From contig CBDBDQ010000005.1 in NCBI GenBank assembly GCA_965203905.1, positions 6,080,001-6,144,000 of the forward strand: a DNA stretch of 64,000 bases. The letters are read 5' to 3'. The stretch is from Spirochaetia bacterium (GTDB lineage Bacteria; Spirochaetota; Spirochaetia; SZUA-6; Bin103). Each line of letters begins with the position of its first letter. The stretch's first letter is position 1. Both the position numbers and the translations under genes were made by a program. A model generated the notes under the pieces. It saw only the letters and a list, made by a program, of their open reading frames with translations. It did not search any database and had not been told where the DNA came from. This document shows, one piece after another, positions 9,663 through 19,171 of the stretch.

Positions 9663-11225
9663 CTACTCCCACTCCACCGTAGCCGGCGGCTTGCTGGATA
9701 CGTCGTACACCACCCGGCCGACGCCCGTGACCTCATTGGTGATGCGCGCCGAGACCGCCAGCAGCGCCTCCATCTCGAACCGATACACCTCCGCGGTCAT
9801 GAAATCGTCGCTCACCACGGCGCGCAGTGCCACCACCTCACCGTAATTGCGGCGGTCGCCCGTCACTCCGACGGAGCGCACCGGGAGCAGCACCGCGAAG
9901 GCCTGCGTCACCTGCCGGTACAGGTCACGACGCTGCAGTTCCTCCAGGTAGATCGCATCGACGGCGCGCAGCAAGTCGCACCGTTCCCGGGTCACCTCGC
10001 CCAGGATTCGCACCGCCAGCCCGGGGCCGGGGAACGGATGGCGCTGGAGCACCCGCGGCGGGACTCCGAGGACCTGCCCGAGGCGCCGTACCTCATCCTT
10101 GTAGAGTGTCGCCAGCGGCTCCAGCAACAGCCCGCCGGCGCGCCGCTCCACGACCAGCGGGGCGGCCACGTTGTGATGCGACTTGATCACCTCCGCCTTG
10201 TCGCCGACGCCGCTCCCGGATTCGATCAGATCGGTGTACAGGGTCCCCTGGGCGAGAAAGCCGTGCCTCAGGTCCTCCGGCACCGCGCCCCGCTGGACCT
10301 CGATGAACAGGTCGCCGATGATGCGCCGCTTCCGTTCCGGCTCCGTTACCCCTGCCAGCGCCGCGTAGAAGCGGGCGGCCGCGTCGATCACCTGTACGTG
10401 GACGGCGCCGAGCTGCTGCAACGTGGCCCGCACCTCGGCGGTTTCGCGCAGCCGCATCAGCCCGGTGTCGACGTAGAGCAGGTGCACCTGCGGCGCCGGC
10501 AATGCGCGCAGCAGTAGCGCCGCGACCACGGTGGAGTCCACTCCCCCGGAAATCATCAGAACCACCGGACTGGAACCCACCGTGCGGCGCAGCTCGGCGA
10601 CGGCGCGGCGCTCGAACGACTCCAGGTCCCACGACCTGCACGCGCCGCAGATCGCCGTCGCGAAGTTGTCCAGCAACTGGCGCCCGCACTCGGTGTGGGT
10701 AACCTCGGGGTGAAACTGCAGCCCGAAGACCGGATTCGGCGAGGCCTCCGGCAACGACTCCACGGCCGCCACGGCACCATGCTGCGAGACCGCGATCTGG
10801 CGGAAACCGGGCGCGATGTGCTCGACGGCGTCGCCGTGGCTCATCCAGGAGCGGAACGAGGCCGGTATGCCGCTGAACAGCGTGGAGTCGGTCACGCGAT
10901 CGACCCGCGCCTGGCCATATTCGCGAACGTGGATGTGCGAAACCGATCCGCCGCCGCGCTGCATGAGGTGCTGCATCCCGTAGCAGATGCCCAGCACCGG
11001 GACGCCGCTCTGCAGCACGGCCGGATCCGGCGTCGGCGCGGCTGCGTCGTACACCGACGCGGGCGATCCCGACAGGACGATGCCGCGCACCTCCTCGCGG
11101 CGCTCCACCTCGCTCAGCCTCACGTCGCCGGGCAGCACGCGACTGAAGACGCCGCACTCGCGGATCCGGCGGGCGATGAGCTGGCAGGTCTGGCCACCGA
11201 AGTCCAGCACCAGAATGGTGTCCAC
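9663..11225 (-). CDS. guaA: GMP synthase (glutamine-hydrolysing)
   Basis: ILVLDFGGQ, GICYGMQ, QFHPEV, SGGVDS, IKSHHNV, HPFPGPGL, KPPATVEWE. Confidence 0.97.
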   Translation of the reverse strand: MDTILVLDFGGQTCQLIARRIRECGVFSRVLPGDVRLSEVERREEVRGIVLSGSPASVYDAAAPTPDPAVLQSGVPVLGICYGMQHLMQRGGGSVSHIHVREYGQARVDRVTDSTLFSGIPASFRSWMSHGDAVEHIAPGFRQIAVSQHGAVAAVESLPEASPNPVFGLQFHPEVTHTECGRQLLDNFATAICGACRSWDLESFERRAVAELRRTVGSSPVVLMISGGVDSTVVAALLLRALPAPQVHLLYVDTGLMRLRETAEVRATLQQLGAVHVQVIDAAARFYAALAGVTEPERKRRIIGDLFIEVQRGAVPEDLRHGFLAQGTLYTDLIESGSGVGDKAEVIKSHHNVAAPLVVERRAGGLLLEPLATLYKDEVRRLGQVLGVPPRVLQRHPFPGPGLAVRILGEVTRERCDLLRAVDAIYLEELQRRDLYRQVTQAFAVLLPVRSVGVTGDRRNYGEVVALRAVVSDDFMTAEVYRFEMEALLAVSARITNEVTGVGRVVYDVSSKPPATVEWE

Positions 11226-11232
11226 GGCCAAC

Positions 11233-12714
11233 TCAGTTCCCGGCAGCCGGACCGACCGGTTCCGCCGCCAACCGCTGCATCGCCTCGCGGTAGCGGGCCG
11301 CCGCGGCACGCGCCTTCTCGCGCGCCCTTCCCACGTAGTGTTCCGGCGCGGAGAAGAACTCCTGCGCTCCGGTCCCGCAACGCGCCCGCACCGCCCGCTC
11401 CAGTCGCTCCCAGACGGTCGGGTCCGCGCGCGCCGCTTCCAGCAGCGACGTCCCGCGCTGCTCGCAGGCCAGGGTCAGGCGGCGCACCCGTTCATGGGCG
11501 CCGGCATCGCCGGCGGCGGCCAGCAGCACGTACGCCGCCTCCGCCAGCACCAGGTCCGACGTGCTCTCGCGCAGCCGGGTACGCATCCGTTCGCGGTCCA
11601 CCTGCAAGCCGGCCACCACGCGCAACATGCGGTTGGCCGCCGCCGTGAGCCCGGCGATGAACTCCGGCACGAAGCGGGCGGAGGCGGAATTGGTCAGGTC
11701 CCGCTGGTGTTCCGACACCTGGTCCATGAAGAAGGTCATGACCCGCGGCGCAAACGCCTTCCACAGGCTTTTCACGTGCTCGCAGTTCCACGGGTTGCGC
11801 TTCTGGGGCATGGTGGAAGATCCGACCTGCCGGCTGCCGAACGGCTCGCGCACTTCGTCGATCTCCGACCGTTGCAGATTGCGCAGGTCGTCGGCCAGAT
11901 TGGCCACGATCCCGAATGCGGTGTTGAGTTCCAGCAGCACGCTCAAAAGGTACTCCGGTTCCACAATCTGGGTGGAGCTCTCGGATGGCCGCAGCCCGAG
12001 CCCGGCGAGCACCTCGCGCTCCAGCTCCTCCGGATCGTCCACCAGCAGCGTGGTGGCGTTGTAGGCGCCGACCGCGCCCGACAGCTTGCCGCGCAGGTCG
12101 TCGCTACGCTGCCGGAGCCGGATGATCGACTTGCCGAGCCGGGCTACGTATTCGGCCATGGCGAAGCCGAAGGTCACCGGCACCGCGTACTGGCCGTGGG
12201 TGCGCCCAACCTGCGGGCTGTCCGCCTCCCGTTCGGCCAGCTCGATCAGCGCCTCCTCGAGGCGGATCAGCAACGGCACCACCACGCGGCACAAGGCGTC
12301 CCGGTAGCGCAACGCGGTGGCGGTGTCGGTGACGTCGTAAGAGGTGGCCCCGACGTGCACCAGGTGGCGCACCTCTTCCGGGAGCGCGCGCTGCAGCACG
12401 TTGACCAGCGCTCGCACATTGTGATCCGTGGTGCGTTCCTCGGCTGCCACCGCGGCGGCGGTAACGCCCTCCGCGGCAACCTGGATTCGCCGCTCCAGGT
12501 CGGCGTCCAGCGCTCTCCCCGGAAGCCGGCGCAGCAACTCGGTGAGGAGGGCGAGCTCTACGCGGACGCCGTAGCGTACGCCCGCCTCCTCGCCCAGGTA
12601 GCCGGCCAACTCCTCGAACAGGTCACGGTTGGCGGCCCAGTAGCGGTGGTCCAGCGGGGAAATGAAGCGGAATCTGTCCCGCGTCTCCATGCGGCAGTCT
12701 ATGAGTTGGTCCAC
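11233..12714 (-). CDS. purB: Adenylosuccinate lyase
   Basis: HVGATSYD, GRTHGQ and the fumarase-superfamily signature GSSTMPQKRNP; adjacent to guaA. Confidence 0.93.
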   Translation of the reverse strand: MDQLIDCRMETRDRFRFISPLDHRYWAANRDLFEELAGYLGEEAGVRYGVRVELALLTELLRRLPGRALDADLERRIQVAAEGVTAAAVAAEERTTDHNVRALVNVLQRALPEEVRHLVHVGATSYDVTDTATALRYRDALCRVVVPLLIRLEEALIELAEREADSPQVGRTHGQYAVPVTFGFAMAEYVARLGKSIIRLRQRSDDLRGKLSGAVGAYNATTLLVDDPEELEREVLAGLGLRPSESSTQIVEPEYLLSVLLELNTAFGIVANLADDLRNLQRSEIDEVREPFGSRQVGSSTMPQKRNPWNCEHVKSLWKAFAPRVMTFFMDQVSEHQRDLTNSASARFVPEFIAGLTAAANRMLRVVAGLQVDRERMRTRLRESTSDLVLAEAAYVLLAAAGDAGAHERVRRLTLACEQRGTSLLEAARADPTVWERLERAVRARCGTGAQEFFSAPEHYVGRAREKARAAAARYREAMQRLAAEPVGPAAGN

Positions 12715-12762
12715 TTCTCGACAAGCTCATCTCCGGCGCCGGAGACGATTGGCGCGCGCCGA

Positions 12763-13341
12763 ATGGACGCGTACGCTCGTGTCATGTCAGCCAAGGCCCG
12801 GGAACTGTTCAGCGCCTATCGCAGCGGCCACGTGCCGTCTGGCGGCGGCTACGTCGTATCCTCCTTCATGATCGACGGGGCCGCCTACGTGCGCTACGAA
12901 ATCGTGGCCTACCGGAGGGCGCGCAACCTGGTTCTGTCGCGGGAAGGTCTCACGTTCGCCGCCGACGCCAGCAGGATCTTCGTGCTGGTCGAGCCGGATG
13001 GCTATCCCGAACGGGCGACCGAGCCGTTCCAGCGCGACACGCGCCACCGGATCCCCCACCGCTTCGCGGAACTGGCCACGGCGACGGTCCGGAACCACTC
13101 CCGAATCATGGTGAGCAGAGACCCGGTCATCGTCTCGTCCCAGTTCACCGTCGCCGCTCCCGCGGGCATCGACTTCGTGTTTCTGTTCCTTCCCCGGCAC
13201 GACGCCGTGGACACGATCCACGGGTTCATGACCGCGACTCTGCAACAGGAGTGCCTGGTCCCGGACGCGGGCGCGCGCCGGGCCGGCCTGCTGATCCGGT
13301 CGTGCCTCGCCCGCTGCAGCGTCGGCCGCCGCCCTTGGTAA
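12763..13341 (+). CDS. Hypothetical protein (192 aa)
   Basis: ATG 12763 divergent from purB. Host-like codon usage, globular composition, no recognised motif. Confidence 0.65.
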   Translation: MDAYARVMSAKARELFSAYRSGHVPSGGGYVVSSFMIDGAAYVRYEIVAYRRARNLVLSREGLTFAADASRIFVLVEPDGYPERATEPFQRDTRHRIPHRFAELATATVRNHSRIMVSRDPVIVSSQFTVAAPAGIDFVFLFLPRHDAVDTIHGFMTATLQQECLVPDAGARRAGLLIRSCLARCSVGRRPW

Positions 13342-13459
13342 CGCCCCGGCTGCATTCCCGGTGCGACACCGGGTTCCACCACGGGCTTGCGCCAGTAGTC
13401 GAGCCGCTGCCGGTTGTGCCAAGCTGTGCGAATCTGCGCCAGGACCTTGCCTCTGCACC

Positions 13460-15097
13460 ATGAATCGGTTTGAGCACCACTCTCTGACCGCCGGACATGG
13501 CACCCTCCTGCTCCGTGCCGGTGCCGGCATTGCGATCGCGGCACTGGTCATCGGCTGCGGTGCCCGCGCTGCGGACGGCAGCGGGCGCACCCCGGCGCCG
13601 CGAGCGTCCGCGCTGCTGGAGGCAACGGCCCCGGCTACCGACGAGGCACTGGCGCTCGCGGCGCCAGGCGCCGAGCCACGGGCACCGTTGCGGCCGGACG
13701 AGACGCTGATTCGCACCTTCACGGTCAATCTCGATGCCGACGACGCCGACGAGCAGGTAATCGCCGTCCACGTGGCTCCTGCCGCCGCAGACACCTTGTC
13801 CGAACCGCCGATCAAGGTGGCGGTGCTGGACTACGACGCCGGTGCCGCCACCTACGTGCGCTCCTGGGAAGCGTTCACCCAGGCGGGCGCGACACGCACC
13901 TTCGACCTGACGCTGCAGGACTTGCTCGGTGACATCCGCGTAGAGATCGTCGCCCGCGGGTTCAACGCGGCCGGCGAACGAACGCTGGATGCGTATCGGC
14001 AGGGGCCGGACGCCGGCACCGTTCTGCGCTACGAGCCCATCATTGCGGTGACCGCCCGCGGCACCATCGAGCTGGCCGAGCCGGAACGGGCGGAACGGCA
14101 GATGCTGCGCGGGAACCGCGGTCTCCCGGTCGCCATCATCACCCACGCCGAGGATCCGGATGCCGCCGACGCTACCGCCGTGGTCCGTACCACGTACCGC
14201 TGGGACGCCGCCACCGGCCGCTACCAGGCCGCACCCCCCGAGCGAGTGCCCGGCAGCCCCGCGGTTCAGGACCGCCTGCGTGAGCTGTTCGCCAGCGACG
14301 GCACTGCGGAATTCGAAACCTATCTTGCCGGCCCGTGGTACCGGCTGGTGCAGCCGGATCCGAGCGATTCGCTGATCAGCCGGATGGAGATCATCCACTT
14401 CGAGCCGGAGCAGGAGCGCATCACCCTGTTCGACGGCGACGTACAGGAGATCTACGTCTGGGACGTCTCGCATCGTCTGCTGGCAGCGCGCCTCGGCATC
14501 TGGGTGCACAATGAACTGGTGCCCTCGATCGAGCGCACGATCAACGTGGAGGCCGTGACCGCCGACGAAATCCGGGTGGTCATGAAGGGCGACGACCGCG
14601 ACCACTACTTCGACGGCAACTACCGTAAGCTGGATGACCAGGCCCGCACCAGGCTGGCAGACGGCGGCCTGGTGCGGCCCGGATTGGTCGAGCTCAACCT
14701 CGCCGGTCCGTATCGGGACAGCACGGGGCAGTCGATCGATTTCGCACCACCTCACTTTACCTGGCAGACCGCCAACCAACGCGTGTCCGGAACTTACACC
14801 GCCTACTCGGTGGGTCAACTGGTGATCGTGTTCAAGGTGATGTCGCCGGCCGGCGTAACGCGCGAGCTGCGTACGTACACGGTCGACTACCGGGAACGGC
14901 GCCGCGGCGAACAACTGCTGAGGTCACTCGTCCTGCGCCCGGCGAGACTGGCGATTACCGGCGTCACCGGAGTCGGTGCGGCGGCACTGCACTTCGAGCA
15001 GCTCGAGACCCTGGACGATGTGGCCGCGCCGGACCCTGATGCCGCCGCGGCGGCACGCGCCATCGTCATCACCCCGGCGCCCGCGAACGAGCGCTGA
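13460..15097 (+). CDS. Exported/lipoprotein resembling spirochaetal pallilysin-related adhesins
   Basis: Signal with LVIGC, 'NLDADDADEQVIAV', 'DLLGD..EIVARG' and a beta-rich C-terminus. Family recognised from memory only. Confidence 0.6.
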   Translation: MNRFEHHSLTAGHGTLLLRAGAGIAIAALVIGCGARAADGSGRTPAPRASALLEATAPATDEALALAAPGAEPRAPLRPDETLIRTFTVNLDADDADEQVIAVHVAPAAADTLSEPPIKVAVLDYDAGAATYVRSWEAFTQAGATRTFDLTLQDLLGDIRVEIVARGFNAAGERTLDAYRQGPDAGTVLRYEPIIAVTARGTIELAEPERAERQMLRGNRGLPVAIITHAEDPDAADATAVVRTTYRWDAATGRYQAAPPERVPGSPAVQDRLRELFASDGTAEFETYLAGPWYRLVQPDPSDSLISRMEIIHFEPEQERITLFDGDVQEIYVWDVSHRLLAARLGIWVHNELVPSIERTINVEAVTADEIRVVMKGDDRDHYFDGNYRKLDDQARTRLADGGLVRPGLVELNLAGPYRDSTGQSIDFAPPHFTWQTANQRVSGTYTAYSVGQLVIVFKVMSPAGVTRELRTYTVDYRERRRGEQLLRSLVLRPARLAITGVTGVGAAALHFEQLETLDDVAAPDPDAAAAARAIVITPAPANER

Positions 15098-15134
15098 CGC
15101 CTTCGCCGAGGCGTGAGGCGGCGGTTTCGGGGCG

Positions 15135-17057
15135 TTACCGCGAGGGAGGTGGCGGCGGCAGGTAAGCGACGTCGTCGCGCCGCGCAAGGATGCCGGTGTA
15201 TCCGAGATCGCTGAGGCGGGCCAGCAACTGTGCGGCCTTGGTCCGGGTCATGTTTCCGCCCACGGCCACCCGATGGACGATGCTGCCGTCGGCGCCGCGG
15301 TAGGAGCGCGCCAACGCCGCGAACCCGGCCTCGGTGAGCTCGTGCTCCAGCTCCAGGGCATTGTCCGGATCGCGGTAGGCTCCGGTCTGCACGATGAACG
15401 CCGCGGGATCCGGCTGCGACGAGACCCGCACCTGGGGGCTGCCCGGCTTCGCGGCGGACGGTCCCGGCGTCGCGGCGGGCCGTGCCGGCGTCGCGGCGGG
15501 CCGTGCCGGCGGCCGGGGTTTGGCGGACGCTCCCAGCAAGGCCGAAAGACGCTCGGAGATCGTTTCCGCATCGCTGCCCGTGGCGACGGGCGCGGGGCGC
15601 GTGGGCTGCGACGAGACCCGCACCGGCTCGTTGGCAGCGGTACCTGCCATGTCCGGTACCACGACGCGAGCTGCGCCAGCTTGAGCCGGTACCGGCGTCG
15701 CCGTGGACCCGGTGGCTCCCTGCGCGGGCGACGAGACCACCACGACCCGCTTCGCCGCGGGCGCCGCCACGGCAGCGGCCGGCACCGTCTCGGGCACAGT
15801 CGCCACGGCTGGCGCCGGCCTGGGCTCCGGCGGCGCTACCCTCGCCACGGACTCCGTGCTCGGCGTCTCCACGGTCACCGCGGGCGCCGGCTCCGCGGCC
15901 GGCGCCACTTCCACCGCCGCCGGCTTCGCCGCCGGCGCCATCACGACCGGCGCGGGCGGGGGCTCCGGCGCAACCACCACGGCGGCCGGCTTTGCGGCCG
16001 CAGATGTCACCTCCACCGCCGGCGCCACCATCAGGTCGGTGATCGGCTTCGCCGCGGGCGGTACCGCGCGCGCCGCCGGCTCTGCCACCGGCGCGGTCTC
16101 GCGCATCGCGGCCGGCGCGGGCGGCGTCGTCGGCGTCACACCTCGCTCCGCCGGCCGCGCCAACAACATGGCCGCCGGTGGCGGGCACGGCGGTAGACAG
16201 GTGGCAACGAGAGAGCCGAGCAGCATCGCGGGCGATGGAAATGCCACCACCCGTGGCAGTCCGGCTCCTGCGTTGAGCTCGGCGGCAGCGAGGGCGTACT
16301 CGGGGCTCCGCGGGTAGCGGCTGCGCATCTGCTCCAGGATTGCCGCCGCCTCGTCGGCGCGCCCATTGGCCGCCAGCAACGACACCAGCCCATACCCGGC
16401 CACGGCCCCGGCGGCGCCGCCGTCGCCCTGCGTGCCGGAGCCGTGGAACGCGGCGCGCAGAGAAGGCTCCAGCCCCGATTGACCGAGGCCCTCACCGGAG
16501 CGCGCCAGACCGGCGTGGACGATCGGCATGCCCTCGGGGGCGGTGTCCAGCGTCACCTCGCCCAACTCCAGCAACAACGCCGCGCGGCGTTTCGAGGCGT
16601 CGGGGATGCCGGGCAGCTCCAGCGCCTGCAGCGCCTGCACCACCCCACCGCTCAGTTCCGCCAAATCAGCCGGAGCGGCGCGCAGCACGGCGATCTGATC
16701 GCTGGCCAGGCGGCCCCGGTAGCGCTCCACTACCGCATCCACCGTGGGCTGCCGTGGCGCCGCGGTTACCACCTTCAACAAGACCGGGAACATGCGCGGG
16801 TCGTCGGGGTGGTCCGCCAGCCAGGTGTCCAACAACGCCAGGGCCGCCTCCAGCTTGCCGCCGCCGGCCAGATTGGCCGCGGCGTCGCCCGGGGGCTGAG
16901 CCGCTGCGGCGGATGCCACCCCCAGGGCCGCAATCGCGACCACGACGCCCGCGACCGCCAGCGATCGCAGTGCCTGGCACCATCGCGCTCCGCACCCGCC
17001 AGTGCCACCCCGTGGGCTCAATCCTGCGCCTCTTTGCGCCGCCGCCCTCCGAACCAC
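15135..17057 (-). CDS. SPOR-domain protein with TPR-like N-terminus and long Pro/Ala linker (start uncertain)
   Basis: C-terminal 'FIVQTGAYRDPDNA...HRVAVG...LSDLGYTG' SPOR motif and 'YPRSPE' TPR-end motif. Confidence 0.8.
   Translation of the reverse strand: MVRRAAAQRGAGLSPRGGTGGCGARWCQALRSLAVAGVVVAIAALGVASAAAAQPPGDAAANLAGGGKLEAALALLDTWLADHPDDPRMFPVLLKVVTAAPRQPTVDAVVERYRGRLASDQIAVLRAAPADLAELSGGVVQALQALELPGIPDASKRRAALLLELGEVTLDTAPEGMPIVHAGLARSGEGLGQSGLEPSLRAAFHGSGTQGDGGAAGAVAGYGLVSLLAANGRADEAAAILEQMRSRYPRSPEYALAAAELNAGAGLPRVVAFPSPAMLLGSLVATCLPPCPPPAAMLLARPAERGVTPTTPPAPAAMRETAPVAEPAARAVPPAAKPITDLMVAPAVEVTSAAAKPAAVVVAPEPPPAPVVMAPAAKPAAVEVAPAAEPAPAVTVETPSTESVARVAPPEPRPAPAVATVPETVPAAAVAAPAAKRVVVVSSPAQGATGSTATPVPAQAGAARVVVPDMAGTAANEPVRVSSQPTRPAPVATGSDAETISERLSALLGASAKPRPPARPAATPARPAATPGPSAAKPGSPQVRVSSQPDPAAFIVQTGAYRDPDNALELEHELTEAGFAALARSYRGADGSIVHRVAVGGNMTRTKAAQLLARLSDLGYTGILARRDDVAYLPPPPPSR
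15464..15511. repeat. 21-bp tandem repeat (about 2.3 copies) inside the SPOR linker
   Basis: CCGGCGTCGCGGCGGGCCGTG x2 plus a partial copy, encoding PARPAAT repeats. Confidence 0.85.
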
Positions 17058-17440
17058 CGCCGTCGGGCCTTGCCGCCGGGCGGCTCGTCGCGCTGTTCCA
17101 CACGGTCCTCTCCGTCACCTTCCGCCGGCGACTCGGGCGTCGCCGCCGCGTCGTCGGTGCGGGGAGCGTCCTCCGCCGCCGTTGCAGCGCCGAGCTGCGG
17201 CGCGGGAGGGAGCGCCCGCGGCGCGGCCCGGTGACGCGGCAAGGTGAGCAGCACCGCCAGCACCGCCCCGAGCGTGAACGCGATGAGGCTGGTCAGGAAT
17301 ACCGGGACGGCGGCAAAGGTATGGAAGCCGAACGAGACGTCCGAACGATGGTCGAGATTCAGCGCCGAATAGGCGGTGACAACGATCAGGAGGCCGATGA
17401 ATCCGAACACCCTCCACGGCACTGGCTGGCGCTGTTTCAC
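17018..17440 (-). CDS. LapA-domain small membrane protein
   Basis: Two TM helices with 'ALNLDHRSDVSFGF...VPVFLTSLIAF' and a charged disordered tail. Confidence 0.7.
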   Translation of the reverse strand: MKQRQPVPWRVFGFIGLLIVVTAYSALNLDHRSDVSFGFHTFAAVPVFLTSLIAFTLGAVLAVLLTLPRHRAAPRALPPAPQLGAATAAEDAPRTDDAAATPESPAEGDGEDRVEQRDEPPGGKARRRWFGGRRRKEAQD

Positions 17441-17488
17441 GGATTGATTATCGGCAGGTTTCGCGCGTCACCCGCGCTCGCCGCGGTG

Positions 17489-17713
17489 CTACATCCTGCG
17501 CCGCAGGTTGCGAATGAACTGGTAGACGTTGTATCCGCCCAGGCCGAGCAGCGCGACGCCGCCGAGCTTCAGCAGAGTGCTTCCCAGCCCACCGACCACG
17601 GGGATCAGGTTCACCAGGGCAGCCACCACGAACAGTCCGATCCCACCGGCAATGCCGCCCACGGCGCGTACTCCCTGCTGGGTAACTTTCTCTCTTGGTA
17701 CCAGATCACTCAC
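17489..17713 (-). CDS. Small hypothetical membrane protein (74 aa)
   Basis: GTG 17713. VSDLVPREKVTQQGVRAVGGIAGG...YNVYQFIRNLRRRM, Gly-rich TM helices. Confidence 0.65.
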   Translation of the reverse strand: MSDLVPREKVTQQGVRAVGGIAGGIGLFVVAALVNLIPVVGGLGSTLLKLGGVALLGLGGYNVYQFIRNLRRRM

Positions 17714-17816
17714 AGGTTCCCCCTCGTCATCCGCGCTTAAGGTAGTAGTCCGTCCTCGTCGATGTCCACTTGCGGCATTTCCCCATCCGCGCGGCGCCGC
17801 AACGCAGCTCCCGAAC

Positions 17817-17845
17817 TTGCAGTGACGGCCCGGAATCGGTATGGT
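17817..17845 (+). promoter_or_regulatory. Putative sigma70 promoter for bactofilin-map
   Basis: TTGCAG-17 bp-TATGGT upstream of ATG 17883. Confidence 0.5.
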
Positions 17846-17882
17846 GTGGCAAGGTAAACCACGGATGCGAGGGTCCACCTGA

Positions 17883-18320
17883 ATGGCAGCCAAGCAAGTC
17901 GCCGCCAACTGCATCATCGGTGCGGGTTCGATCTTCCACGGGCGACTCGCCGTGAGCGGCTCGCTCCACATCGAAGGCAAGTTTCAGGGAGACATCTATA
18001 CCGACGGCGACGTCGTGGTGGGTCCAACCGGCCAGGCGAAAACCGACATCGCCACCCGCAAGGTGGTGGTTGCCGGTACCTTCATCGGCAATATCAACGC
18101 TTCCGAAGAAGTGTACGTGATGCAGAGCGGCAAGGTGCTCGGCAGCATCACCACCCCCAAACTCACCCTGGAGCCGGGAGTGGTAACCAGTGGTAACGTC
18201 ACCATTACCTCCGACCAGCCGGACACCGTGGTCGATACGGTGACCAGCGCTTACGGTGCCGACGCGGAAGAGGCGTTCTCCGGCAATGGCCGGCCGCTCC
18301 GCACCGACGAGGCTGGATGA
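17883..18320 (+). CDS. Bactofilin (second paralog)
   Basis: CIIGAGSIFHG...LHIEGKFQGDI...VLGSITTPKLTLEPGV. Confidence 0.9.
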   Translation: MAAKQVAANCIIGAGSIFHGRLAVSGSLHIEGKFQGDIYTDGDVVVGPTGQAKTDIATRKVVVAGTFIGNINASEEVYVMQSGKVLGSITTPKLTLEPGVVTSGNVTITSDQPDTVVDTVTSAYGADAEEAFSGNGRPLRTDEAG

Positions 18321-19141
18321 GTCGACGCGGTCGCTCGGTGACCGGGAAGCGAACCAAAGCCGATGCACCGGCCGCGCCCGGCGGCCATGGATTCCGCGGC
18401 CGGAGTCTCAAGAGCGGCCACGACATCGGCCGCATTCGGGAGGCGGCCGCGCTCCTCAGGGAGACGCTCGGCATGTTGCGCGGCCACGTCGGACCGGGGG
18501 TGAGCACGCGCCACCTCAATGACCTGGCCGCCGACCATCTCGCCGCGCGCGGCGCACGCCCATCGTTCTTCGGCTACATGGACTATCCCGCCGCGATGTG
18601 CATCTCGATCAATGACGAGGTGATCCACGGCATCCCCGGCAGACGCCGTCTGCGCGACGGCGACATCGTCGGACTCGATCTCGGAGTGGAGATCGACGGC
18701 TACTTCGCCGACGCGGCCCTGACCGTGCCCGTCGGCCGCATCCCCGCCGAGTTGCAGCGCCTGCTGGAAACCACGCGGGAGTGTCTCCGCCTCGGCATCG
18801 CCCAGGCGGTGGCGGGCAACCGGGTCAGCGACGTATCGCGCGCCATCTACCACCACGCCAGGAACGCCGGCTATGGCGTCGTGCGTCAGTTCTGCGGCCA
18901 CGGCCTCGGCTTCGCCGTGCACGAGGAGCCTCAGGTCCCCAACTATCCGGGTTCCGGGGAAAACCCGCGCCTCAAGCCGGGCATGGTGCTTGCCGTGGAA
19001 CCGATGCTCAACGCGGGAACCGGAGAGATCTCCGTGCTGGCGGACGGCTGGACCGTCGTGACCGGCGACGGCCGGCCCTCGGCCCACTTCGAGCATACGA
19101 TCGCCATCTTCAAGGACCGTACGGAAGTCCTTACCGCCTGA
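18317..19141 (+). CDS. map: Methionine aminopeptidase type I
   Basis: CISINDEVIHGIP, DGYFADAA, GHGLG..HEEP, AVEPM, SAHFEHT. Confidence 0.96.
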   Translation: MSRRGRSVTGKRTKADAPAAPGGHGFRGRSLKSGHDIGRIREAAALLRETLGMLRGHVGPGVSTRHLNDLAADHLAARGARPSFFGYMDYPAAMCISINDEVIHGIPGRRRLRDGDIVGLDLGVEIDGYFADAALTVPVGRIPAELQRLLETTRECLRLGIAQAVAGNRVSDVSRAIYHHARNAGYGVVRQFCGHGLGFAVHEEPQVPNYPGSGENPRLKPGMVLAVEPMLNAGTGEISVLADGWTVVTGDGRPSAHFEHTIAIFKDRTEVLTA

Positions 19142-19171
19142 CGGGTCGAGTCGCCACGGCCTCGGTCCAAC

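Noticed and set aside
10987-12762. N-terminal 590 aa of the 784-aa ORF 10987..13341
   Set aside because: Antisense to purB/guaA; only the part from ATG 12763 looks coding.
15414-15625. Repeats in the SPOR gene as a possible CRISPR array
   Set aside because: In-frame peptide repeats (PARPAAT, VRVSSQP); no repeat-spacer periodicity and no cas genes.
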